Source of the DNA: Macrostomum lignano
Lineage: Eukaryota
Reading direction: 5' to 3'
Assembly (NCBI GenBank): GCA_002269645.1
Contig: NIVC01000618.1
Span: 310,001-374,000, forward strand
Length of the DNA: 64,000 nt
Part shown: positions 24,117 to 41,510 of the stretch, in pieces
How the letters are laid out: each line of letters starts with the position of its first letter
Position numbering within the stretch: the first letter of the stretch is position 1
The notes under the pieces: model-generated
What the model saw: the letters and a program-made list of their open reading frames with translations, nothing else
Database searches by the model: none
Told to the model about the DNA's origin: nothing
Made by a program: the position numbers and the translations under genes

Positions 24117-27100
24117 GTATTTATTAAATGTACATAAGTTCTTGCTTGATTTTTAAAATCAGCCATGGAATTATTCTGTTCGGAAAAAATCACACTTGCT
24201 TAATACTAGTTGGTACTATTAATTCTGCAGTAATTTAAATGTATAGGTCTTAATGCTATTCTCTTTGGGCTTTGTGAAATTAGTGATCTTTGTGCTTACA
24301 TGTAGCTACGAATTACGGTATTTAACGACTATCTTTGTGGGTCGTAACTCCGCCATTGTCTGGTCCCAAGCCCAGAATGTGAAAGGAGGAGGGCGACTAT
24401 ATGTAAATATATATACATGTATAATGTTTAATCTTTATCTTTATATAGTTATGTAGTTGCATGTACGAGTATACATGTTACATATAGCAAAGTTTTTCAT
24501 ACAAAATGTGGATGACGAAGTGTCCAGGGAGTAGATGACGAAGTGTCCACATTAGTAAGTGGATGACGAAGTGGTAAGATGACGAAGTGTCCAATAATAA
24601 GAGTGGATGACGAAGTGATAAGATGACGAAGTGTCCAGGAACCATGGGAAGATATCAAAGCCAAATTCAATGCAATGCACCATGGCACTAGCAACACCTT
24701 GTTTGATATTCACCTCAATGAGTAGTTGTGGCACTACCTTTTCTCATTGCCAAAGGTGTTAGAGAACTTTTTTTATTAGGTTAGGCACTATTATTGACAC
24801 TCTAATGACTTTGTATTTTACTAGGAACAAGGCATATTTTTCATGTGAAAATAATTTAACGCAGTAAGTTAGAAGATTGCTGACTTGTCTTAGACTCTTT
24901 GGGCCTATTGATTTAATCTAAATACAATTTTAGGCCTAGATTCTTAGCTAGGCCAGGCCTATTTTAGTCTGATACTCAATAATATCTTGCATTTATTAAC
25001 TAGGCCTATTTTCTATTTAGGATAAGAAAAATCTTAAAGATATAAAAATGTTAGATTTTTAACTTAAGTTATGTCTTACATTTATTATAGTGTAAGCTAA
25101 GTAGAATAGCTGAATTAAAATTGACAATTTTAACTATAAGCCTAAGAAAGAGCCTAAAACCATAAATATTATATTTACCTATTTGCATTGCCATTACGTT
25201 TTTCATTGAGTAGGCCTATACAAAGCATAAAAATAATTGAAAAAAAGACCAAATAAGGCAAGCATCATTTAATTTTGGCTTGGGTACTAATACTATTTTA
25301 GGCTATTTAATTGCCAGCCAGTGTCTAGCTACAGTTAAAAACAGATGGGTGTCCAAAAAACCCATAGAATGTCATAGTAACTAGGCGAAAATACGCATAC
25401 GCACCAGAGGGGCACAAGCATTAGTCAACCAAGTGCGAGATCACTCAACACAATTAATTATCGAGCCGGACTTGAAAAAAGGTTTTAAACTAGTACTAAA
25501 GTTGTACTACTTTTTTACTGACTAAAATGCAACAACAATTACAAGCCAAAATTTGAATTATTTATAAACTTTTTTGGTTCTTAACGGCACATTCCAATAA
25601 AATATCAAGCTCTTACGAATATAAAATATAACAAATTGTAAATTTTGTTTGAAATAATTCGAAACAAAAAAATTCCTAATGCGGAATTGATTGGTATAGT
25701 AGCGTCGCTTTCGGATCATTTGCTAGTAGATTACGTATTATCCTCCTGGAAATGGTTGTATAAAAAGTTAAAAAGGGAGGGCCTTTTCATATTACCAATT
25801 CCAGAACCAGAATCGGTTCGGAATTCCAAGAAAAACAGCAGTATAACTATTAAACTCTGTTAATATTTGACTGCCTTAACAACCTAACTTAGCACAATTT
25901 TTCACTTTCTTCTTGGCGATTGTCATTCAATAATAAAAACTTTATAGCACGTATCTCCCTCTAGTTATGGAGACAAAAAGTTAAACTTCACAAATTGGTT
26001 CTGGTTCTGGAACCAGAACAAGCAATATGAAAAGGCCAAAAATCAAAAATCACAAAAATATGATGCTTCATTTTTCGACACTTTATTACGCGATTATTCC
26101 CTATTTGACTATTAGATGTTGACGAATTCGGTGGCACCCATTCCACCTTATTCTATATTACAGTATCCTCATTTGCCACTACATGTTTGTATGAAGTGTT
26201 ACAAATATTCGGTAACTGCATGTGTATCGCATCTCTTCAATCCTTAATCCAGAGTTCTAAAGAGTGACTCAGTAACCTAGGATGACTGAGCAACATTTTT
26301 AGGCTTGCCCTAGCCTAGCCTTGCCTTTCCCCTGGCTCCAGTTCAGTCTTGGGTTGGGTCCAGTGTAAAGGTCAACAGTTTGTATATAAGCTAACAAAAT
26401 TAATTTTGATCCCCACAATTTTGAGTTTCTTTAATTGTAAATACTTAGAAAACATAGCTAAACCAATTTATTTTATATATTTTTTTAATTTTGGTATGCA
26501 TAATAAAAGAATAGAAGGTATCTGAATTTCAAATAACTATGACCTATCTTTATCAATATTGGCTCTATATTCATTGGCATTGTTAATTTTAATTAACTTA
26601 AATAATTCTGAATGTTAGTAAACATCTATTAAAATTCATTGAAAGTTAAGTGATATTATTGCATTGGTCAACATCAATGTCAATGATCATGTTTTCATTG
26701 ATATGTCAAGTTAATAACAATTCGGCCTAATGAAAAAATGAAAAAATATTTTGCAAAATCAGATGTAGGCTAGTCCTTCTCCTTAATATAATAGTCAGTG
26801 TCAATATTGCAATAATTTAACTTTAAGTATTAAAAAATAGTATCTAATATATATTCTTTTTTTGTGGCTACTAGGCCATTATTAAGATTAAACTTTGTTC
26901 TAATATCATTATAGGTTTTTTCTACACTTAAAAATAATAGGGAGCCTACTAAGATTTTTTGGCATGTATTATATAATTAGGCACTTCAGTGAGAAAATTA
27001 AATTTCAGAAATTGTTATAGGCTGCTATTTCACTAGATAGATCTTACTTTCCCATTTCCAAAATGGCCAAACTTTAGTGATTTGGTTGAGTAATAAGGAA

Positions 27101-28290
27101 ACTACAGCTATTTTAGTAACCCCGATTTGTGCCTTTAGCCAATGGAATTTTTACATTACGGTTTGTGATCATTTTTGGCCAAAAAGTTGGCTTTTTGTCT
27201 TTGAACACTTGTAATTAATTTTCTAGCCAACCAAAATGACTGTGCTTGGTGTCATTTTGTTCAGTTTTTTAGTGTTAATTGTATGAATTATATATTTTAA
27301 TATTATTTTATATGCCCAAGTTGCTAAGCTAATTGAAACAGGATGGGTGTATGAAATTTTGACTATTTTAACCAGATACGCAATGATTGCAATTTTAAAA
27401 ATACAATAGCATCTGTTCTGCTTGCTTAATTTATACAAGGCTAGTGTCATTTTGTTCAGGTTTTTACCTACTATAATACTATTCTACTTCTTGCCCTAAA
27501 TTTTTAATGCATGACAGACACCCCAACTGCAATGTAATGTGCTGTACAGGCTTTGCGCATGGGTTTATTAAAAAACGGTTTTGCCTATCGTGTTCAGCAT
27601 AGCAGAATTAGTTAAATGACACAGAGAACTAGTTTGCCGGAAGGCAGAGTCTCACAAAAAACACGAAATACACGTTTCAATGGGTATTTTACATGTAAAC
27701 GTATCAAAAAAAGAAACCTCCACAAAATTTTTGCGCCTATAGCTATTGGCAAGCGGTTTTTTTTACTGTGCTTGTATTGTCAATAGGTAATGAAAAATAT
27801 AAAGAGAAACAATGCAGGAAAAGGATTTCATGGAAAATTTTGGATTTGAAATTTTGCATAGAGCCATATGGGCATTAAAAGAAAAAAAAAATTTTTTTTA
27901 ACACCAGAAAAATGTTTCTAAATTATCCCTTTACACTATAAAACCTTTGTTTCCATTATAAGAAACACATTGCAGCTAAGAAAAAGCATTTTCTGAACCA
28001 CTGTTTTTTTATTCATTTTGGCTTCAATTTTATATTCCTCCTAAAAAATGGTCAACTTTAAAAATAGACAGTGCAAAAAGTATAACAAAGCTAGACTTGC
28101 AGTTGGTGTCATTTGAAAGAGCTCCTTTTTACCTTTTAAATGCATATTTTACTTTCATCCTGGCTTCTATAGTTTCTTTAAAATCGCCCTTGAAAAATTG
28201 GACTTTTTTCTTACTTTTTTGCCATTGGCACGCACTTCTTATAACTCACTGAAGTCCCTAATATAATATAGATTTTTTTCTATTTGGACC

Positions 28291-28649
28291 CTGGGTTTTT
28301 TAGGCCATACAGTAGCTACTGGCTATCCAAAAAAACCATTGGCAACTAGATTTGTGGCATCAGAGGCCAATCTGGCAACCAACTTAAACCAAGGCAATTG
28401 CCAATGATAAAACAGTCTGTCACATTTTATTACTGCTAAGTTTGGCTTGGCTGAAAACCTGAAGCCGGAGCTGATTTGAGCATATTATTTTTTTGTCAAT
28501 GCATGAAAATTGTATTGTGATTTGCGTATGATTTTTGCTATGCACAGGCACTGGGACAGTTGGCAACTGAGGATGGCAATTGGCAACTAGATTTTGAGCT
28601 CCAGTTGCCATTGCCATTTAGCAACTGGATTTTGGACAAAAAAACCCAG
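28291..28649. mobile_element. 359-bp MITE with 8-bp TSD (hAT-like by TSD length)
   Basis: Termini CTGGGTTTTTT / AAAAAAACCCAG. The direct repeat TTTGGACC lies at 28283-28290 and 28650-28657. Internal GGCAACT/TTGCC motifs are repeated. Confidence 0.7.
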
Positions 28650-28879
28650 TTTGGACCCCTAAGGCCTAATGCATCCATTAGATTATTTTCCTAGTCTATT
28701 GGTATAAATATTTTATATTTAGCATAGTATACTATTAGTATAGTAATATAACATAGATCTTGAAGTTTAAAAATGGCAATCTTTTATTGCACAATGCACA
28801 TTTAATTTTTTTTATTAAAATTTATAACAAATTGATATTATATGAATTCTAACACTATATATTAATGCCATCTGTAGAC

Positions 28880-29230
28880 ATTTGGATCTTGATCCTGATC
28901 CTAAAAATTTTGATTCTATTCTTAAAATCCTATGATCTTGATCTCCCAACATCCTGTTATCCCAATTCCAAAATCCTAGTGTCCCAATCCCAAATTCCTA
29001 GGGTCCCAATCTCAAAATCCTGTGATCCAAATCCCAAAATCCTGTGATGTGATCCCAATCCCAAATCCAGTGATCCCAATCCCAAAATCCTGTGATCCCG
29101 ATCCTAAAATCCTCGGAGGTCCCGATCTCAAAATCCTTGGTTCCCAATCCCAAAATCCTGTGATCCCGATCCCAAAATCCTGGGGTCCCGATCCCAAAAT
29201 CCTGGAGTCCCGATCCTTCTCAATCCCGAA
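28880..29230. repeat. Imperfect tandem repeat with core GATCCCAATCCCAAAATCCT
   Basis: Directly upstream of RNPS1, and gives the spurious N-terminal extension of ORF 29022-30029. Confidence 0.85.
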
Positions 29231-29354
29231 AAGTTTTATCTGGTCTCGTCATCTATTCACGCTTGTTAGAAGTCCAGTAAATAGCACGAGTTTAATACTC
29301 ATCAAAATCCATTCCAAAACAATTCATGTGTTTTGCCAGAACGACCCAAAAGCA

Positions 29355-30604
29355 ATGCCAGACACCAGCGCCGCCATAGACCAAAAGAAGAAGACAAAGA
29401 AGCCGCAGCCGCCGCCAGCTGAGCAGTCAAAGAAGAAGAAGCGAGCGGCCAGCGGCGATTCGTCGGCCTCGGACGACAGCGACAGCGGCTCGTCATCGTC
29501 AGGCTCCAGCTCGGACTCCTCCGCCTCGTCTTCTTCCACCTCATCCTCTTCTTCGTCTTCGTCTTCTTCTTCTAGATCTTCTTCGGCTTCGTCGTCTTCT
29601 TCTGCCGGCGGCTCGTCGGCCTCGCCGTCTAGCGAGAAGCGTCGGAAGCGACACGGCGGCACTTCGGCGCCTGCCGCTGCCGGCAAGAAAGAGCAGCAGC
29701 AGCAGCCGTCGAGGAAGCGCCGGCAGTCCGGGGGCGAAACAGCCGGCGACAATGGCAAAACCGGCGACCCAGCGCCGCCGCCGCCCGCCCGCGTCCGGGT
29801 GTCGCAGCTCAGCCGGAACGTGTCGCGCGCTCATGTCGAAGAAATTTTCGGCACATTTGGCAGCGTGAAGTCTGTTGATCTGCCGACTGAGAATCTGCAC
29901 CCGGAATGCTGCAAAGGCTTCGCACTGATTGAATTCGCCACCGCCGCTGAAGCTGCCGAGGCTGTCAAACGGATGGACGGCGGTCAAATTGACGGACAAG
30001 AGGTACTTTTATTGATGACTCGCGGCTGAAAGGTCGGGTGTTCGATTCTCGACTCACTTGAAACAATTTGCGTCCTTGATCAAGACACATTAGCTGTGAA
30101 ATGGGTACCAGCATTAGCTGGTGTAATTGGTGGCGACCCCTTGGGCTGAACAGCCGTACGTAGCTTCAGATGCTCCGCGCAATAGCTGCGGCTGGGCTGT
30201 TGGTTGCACATCTGGGCATTAGGGCAGCTACATACAAGCAACTCATTTTTAGAATATGAATAGGATTAGTACCGTTTACACTAGGTAATCAGTGGGAGTA
30301 ACGAACCTTTAATAAAAGATCAGAATGCCTCGTCATCTAATTAGCTAGTGATTTGGAGAATTTAGCAGGTAGACGGCGAGAGTAGCTATACTGTTTAAAT
30401 ATATATGCAACACCTCGCCATCTAATTAGTTTTATTAATTTACTTTTTTAGGTTCGCGCCCACTTGCGCTCAGTGAACCCTGCGGCCGTGGCCCGATCTC
30501 GGTCCCCATCGGACCGGCGCAGACGGGATCGCGATCGCTCCCCCGTGCCGCGGTCCCGCCGGCCGGCGCATCGGTCGCCTTCCCCGGCGCCAATTAGACG
30601 GTGA
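29355..30604 (+). CDS. RNPS1: RNA-binding protein with serine-rich domain 1 (EJC/ASAP component), 2 exons
   Basis: Exon 1 is 29355-30002 (gag|gtactt) and exon 2 is 30452-30604 (ttttag|gtt..tga), phase 0. A poly-Ser N-terminus is followed by the RRM VRVSQLSRNVSRAHVEEIFGTFG..DLPTENLHPECCKGFALIEF..AVKRMDGGQIDGQEV, closely like RNPS1, and an RS/RP-rich tail RSRSPSDRRRRDRDRSP. Confidence 0.92.
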
Positions 30605-31229
30605 CGCCGGTCGAGCTCTTGAACTATAATAATAATTGACCGGTGATTGACTACTTGTCAGCCATCTACATTTGTAGTGCATTACTATTTACTTGGGATA
30701 GTTGTTAATAATTGGTAGCCATCAATCTGCTTGAATACGCGATTAAGGATTTGTTGTGCATTGTGCATCGAATTGCGGGTACATGATGTACTTTGCAGTC
30801 AGAATGCTTTGTTGCATGGCATCTGTTGTAATCGAACCTGCTGTTTATTTCCCATGTCTATCTATAACTACTATGAGTAGGCAGCTTCTGCTATTGCTTT
30901 AGCGATCAGTTTAATAATTGAATTTTCTCTATTGTAATTAACTAGGCAAATAAAATAGTGTATCTACTCGTATTTGAACTTTAATAACTTGATTGATGAT
31001 GCTAGTTCCGGTGTCACAGTACAATGCCAGCTTCATTCACCGAGCCGAGCATTTGTTAAACTCATATTTATTAGTAATATAATTAATTATATACTCGTAA
31101 CTACTCTGTTCATTCATTGGCAGGCAAACCAATAGCGAATTTCTATGAAATCCAGTTTTTGTGCCTTTGTGTTTTTAAAATTTAAAAAACTTTCAACAGT
31201 CTACTTTAGGTATCGGCAAACCTTTTTTG

Positions 31230-32620
31230 CCTGGGAGATGAAAGAGATGAAAGAAGAGGTGAGAGAAAAAAAGAGAAATGAGAGGAGAGAAGAGATATGA
31301 GATGAGAGGAAAGAAGGAGAGAGGAGAGGAGAGGAAAGGAGGAGAGAGGAGAGGATGAGAGAAGATAGGAAAGGAGAGAGGAGAGGAAAGGATGAGAGAG
31401 GAGAGGAGAGGAGGGGAGAGAAAAGGATGAGAGAAGATAGGAAAGGAGGAGAGAGGAGAGAGGAGAGGAGGAGAGATGAAAGGATGAGAGAGGAGAGGAG
31501 AGGAAAGGATGAGAGAAGATAGGAAAGGAGAGAGGAGAGGAAAGGAGGAGAGATGAGAGGAGAGGAGGGGAGAGAAAAGGATGAGAGAAGATAGGAAAGG
31601 AGGAGAGAGGAGAGGAAAGGATGAGAGGAGAGGAGAGATGAGAGAGGAGAGATGAGAGGAGAGGAGAGGAGAGGAAAGGATGAGAGAGCAGAGGAAAGGA
31701 TGAGAGGAGAGGAAAGGATGAGAGAGGAGAGATGAGAGGAGAGGAGAGGATGAGAGAGCAGAGGAGGGGAAAGGAGGAGAGATGAGAGGAGAGGAGAGGA
31801 AAGGATGAGATGAGAGGAGAGGAGGGGAGAGAAAAGGATGAGAGAAGATAGGAAAGGAGGAGAGAGGAGAGGAAAGGATGAGAGGAGAGGAGAGATGAGA
31901 GAGGAGAGATGAGAGGAGAGGAGAGGAGAGGAAAGGATGAGAGAGCAGAGGAAAGGATGAGAGGAGAGGAGAGATGAGAGGAGAGGAGAGGAAAGGATGA
32001 GAGAGGAGAGATGAGAGGAGAGGAGAGGATGACAGAGCAGAGGAGGGGAAAGGAGGAGAGATGAGAGGAGAGGAGAGGAAAGGATGAGAGGAGAGGAGAG
32101 ATGAAAGAGATGAGGGGAAAGGAGGAGACATGAGAGGACAGAGGAAAGGAGGGAAAAGAGAGAAGAGATGAGAAGACGAAGACCTTAAGCAGGCCGGATA
32201 GCTATCAGTTTCATAGAACCTGAGGGCTGGATAGAGAGGATGAGAGGAGAGGAGAGATGAGAGAGGAGAGATGAGAGGAGAGGAGGGGAGAGGAAAGGAT
32301 GAGAGGAGAGGAGAGATGAGAGGAAAGGATGAGAGGAGAGGAGAGATGAGAGGAGAGGAAAGGATGAGAGAGGAGAGATGAGAGGAGAGGAGAGGAGAGG
32401 AAAGGATGAGAGAGCAGAGGAGGGGAAAGGAGGAGAGATGAGAGGAGAGGAGAGGAAAGGATGAGAGGAGAGGAGAGGAGAGATGAAAGAGATGAGGGGA
32501 AAGGAGGAGACATGAGAGGACAGAGGAAAGGAGGGAAAAGAGAGAAGAGATGAGAAGACGAAGACCTTGAGCAGGCCGGATTGCTATCAGTTTCATAGAA
32601 CCTGAGGGCTGGATAGAGAG
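31230..32620. repeat. GA-rich low-complexity array (GAGAG/GAGAT/GGAAA) with an internal ~385-bp duplication
   Basis: The unique tag GAAGACGAAGACCTT..GAACCTGAGGGCTGGATAGAGAG appears at ~32172 and ~32555. Confidence 0.92.
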
Positions 32621-33237
32621 GCTTCGCGGGCCGCAGTCGCAAACCCCTGGCCTAGTTAGTAGTATGAAAAAAATAATACCAATATTTTTTATCTTTTTAT
32701 TAGATCCAGCGATCTGTTTTTTTATTTCTAATTTTTCCACGCAAAACAAATCAATCTACAAAGAGAATCGCAAACAATAGTAAACGAGACAAAAAATAAT
32801 GATAGACTAAATATGTTTTTGGGTTGGAACAGATTAGCACAAAGCACAATTGTGAAAAGCGATGACTGATGCGATACGTACAAATAAGCTGACACGCATA
32901 CACAGGGATATTCGAGTGTCGAGACAAAACAGATAATGCGAATTTGATTCGAAAGGAAAAACAAAATAGATTAGGGAAAAAATCCTATAGAACAAAGCCA
33001 TAATTCTGTTTCAAGTGCAGTTTGAATCGGAAAAAGAGAAACAACAAAGAAGAAAATCTTGAAAAATGCCTATTTTTGTATACCGGTAGAACAAATTCAA
33101 ATGAAACATCAAATTAGCAGCTAGGAATTTTGCAAAGCTTGCTAAACAAATATAAGCAATCGCGCTGAGGTTTAGTGCTGAAAGTTTTGCAGAAAAATCG
33201 ATAATTATATGGCTTTTGATCAAACTGAGTTTGTTCC

Positions 33238-39191
<5,954 letters not shown>

Positions 39192-39789
39192 TAAATTCAG
39201 CGATGAGCTCTGACTGACAGCTTAATACACTTTTGAATCTTTTCACAAAGCTAAATTTTCCGCTTGTTACAGTTGTGCGAGTGCTCGATCTGGTGCAAAG
39301 TGACTCCGGTTTTATGGTCCAAAAGAGTTGGGGGGGGGGTGTTCGAAAAACGCAGTCTGAGGGCAGGCCGCCCTCACCCCACAGACTGTGGCCAATAGAA
39401 TCACTCCGACGATTCTCATTGGCTGGTGGGCAGGCAGTCTCAGTCAGCTTGGGCAGGAGTGGAAAATCCGCTGTTGCGTCATTCGAAGAATTTCTAAAGG
39501 GTACCGTAAGCCACACAGGCTAACAGTGAGCATAGCGAGACCTCCCGCTGGGAATTAAAAGTTTGTTGCGATTTTTTATGCTTTTGACATTTTACCAGAA
39601 AAAAACAGCTGTGAGCAACTGGATTTTGTGAATAAAGTAACTTTAAAGTTCAGTCCTCTGTAATGTTGAACCAATTTGATGGCGGATTGCACAACTTTTT
39701 TCTTGGTTTGAAGACAGCGCTAACAGACCTAATTGGCACTGACTCACTGATATGAGCTTTGTATCTTCTCCCATACTCTCTCTCCTCTA

Positions 39790-40200
39790 TTCTCTCTGCT
39801 CCTCTTAAGTCTCATCTCATCTCTTCTCCTCTCCTCTCCTCTCCTCTCCTCTCCTCTCCTCTCCTCTCCTCTCCTCTCCTCTCCTCTCCTCTCCTCTCCT
39901 CTCCTCTCCTCTCCTCTCCTCTCCTCTCCTCTCCTCTCCTCTCCTCTCCTCTCCTCTCCTCTCCTCTCATATCTTCTTCTCGCCTCTGTTTTCCCTTTCT
40001 GTTATTTATTCTCTTCGCTCCTCTCATCTCCTCTCATCTTCTCTTATCCTCTTTCATCTCCTCTCATCTCCTCTCATCTTCTCTCATCTCCTCTCCTCTC
40101 CTCTCCTCTCCTTTCATCTCCTCTCCTCTCCTCTCCTCTCATCACCTCTTCTTTTCGTTATCTATTCTCTCCGATCCTCTCCCGTCATCTAGTTTCCTCT
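39790..40200. repeat. (CTCCT)n and CT-rich low complexity
   Basis: Perfect pentamer core ~39830-39965. Confidence 0.95.
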
Positions 40201-40774
40201 CTTCTGTCCTCTGCTCTCTGCTCACTTCTATATTCCCTCTAAAACAAAAACTTTAGAAAAAATCAACGCTGGAATCTGAAATTCATAAAATAGTGGTATT
40301 CCCGTGAGTGGATCGAGACTCTTGAATTCAGAAACTGACGTTTGCGTCGCTAATAAGTAAACTTAACGCCGCTTATAGACTTGAAGGAATGGCTAAAACT
40401 ATTTTGTTTTAATTGATTGAGAACGACATTAAAAATATTCATGACGCCCTCACTGGACTGCAAACAGCTTGAGAACCCAGGAAAACACAGTCTCTCTACG
40501 ACTTCTAGCGTTGAAGACATTGAAAAACAAACATTTCTGTCTTTCTTAACGCCTGCACAGATGGATAGCCAGTCAGTCCTTGAATTTTTGCAACTCATTG
40601 AAGCTGAAACATGGGCCGATTTTTCTTCTGTCGCAGCTGGCACTTCCGAAATTTCTGTTAAAGAACCGCTATGGGCCATTGTTTAACCCCCTTGGGCACT
40701 TCTTGAGCATACAAGTCCCCATCAGTTGACAGACTCACTCACTGTGGGTCGCTTCGGTCTTAGTTGAAAAACCC

Positions 40775-41335
40775 ATGTTCTCTCTCCCCTGTTCTCTCTC
40801 CCCTGTTCTCTCTCCCCTGTTCTCTCTCCCCTGTTCTCTCTCCCCTGTTCTCTCTCCCCTGTTCTCTCTCCCCTGTTCTCTCTCTCCCTTTGTTCTCTCT
40901 CCCCTGTTCTCTCTCCCCTGTTCTCTCTCCCCTGTTCTCTCTCCCCTGTTCTCTCTCCCCTGTTCTCTCTCTCCCTTTGTTCTCTCTCCCCTGTTCTCTC
41001 TCCCCTGTTCTCTCTCCCCTGTTCTCTCTCCCCTGTTCTCTCTCCCCTGTTCTCTCTCCCCTGTTCTCTCTCTCCCCTGTTCTCTCTCCCCTGTTCTCTC
41101 TCTCCCCTGATCTCTCTCTCCCCTGATCTCTCTCTCCCCTGTTCTCTCTCCCCTGTTCTCTCTCCCCTGTTCTCTCTCCCCTGTTCCCTCTCCCCTGTTC
41201 TCTCTCTCCCCTGTTCTCTCTCCCCTGTTCTCTCTCCCCTGTTCTCTCTCCCCTGTTCTCTCTCCCCTGATCTCTCTCCCCTGTTCTCTCTCTCCCCTGA
41301 TCTCTCTCCCCTGTTTTCTTTCCCCTGTTCTCTCA
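40775..41335. repeat. 14-16-bp repeat (CTCTCTCCCCTGTT)n
   Basis: Tandem array that explains the spurious GER/ENR ORFs. Confidence 0.95.
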
Positions 41336-41510
41336 CATTTCGGTCTCAAATATGCTTCATATTTCCAATTTTTACAAGTTCAACAAGTGATGCAGAAAGA
41401 CCTGAAGACAGCACCTGTCATTGCCTGATAATTAAAGACTTAGCAGTTCCGCGACAAAAATGCTGAAAATTCTGGTGCAAACACAGCCAGCAGCTGTTGA
41501 GCTTGTGTTC

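Larger units (their letters stand above)
21895..24643 (+). mobile_element. Mutator-like (MULE) DNA transposon, 2749 bp, probably non-autonomous
   Basis: TIRs begin GGTTCCTGGACACTTCGTCATCTTA(C/T)CACTTCGTCATC at both ends. The exact 8-bp target-site duplication ATGGGAAG lies at 21887-21894 and 24644-24651. Multiple subterminal GATGACGAAGTG motifs occur at both ends, and a MULE transposase fragment lies inside. Confidence 0.88.

Noticed and set aside
25780-26037. PIF/Harbinger-like MITE with GGCCTTTTCATATT inverted ends
   Set aside because: The inverted repeat is real but no matching TSD (GAG versus AAA) and only one copy, so not supportable as an element.
29022-29354. N-terminal extension of RNPS1 in the ORF track
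   Set aside because: Derived from a tandem repeat. An acceptor and ATG at 29339/29355 fit better.
31193-32749. 518-aa Leu/Ser/Pro ORF
   Set aside because: Antisense reading of a GA-rich low-complexity tract.
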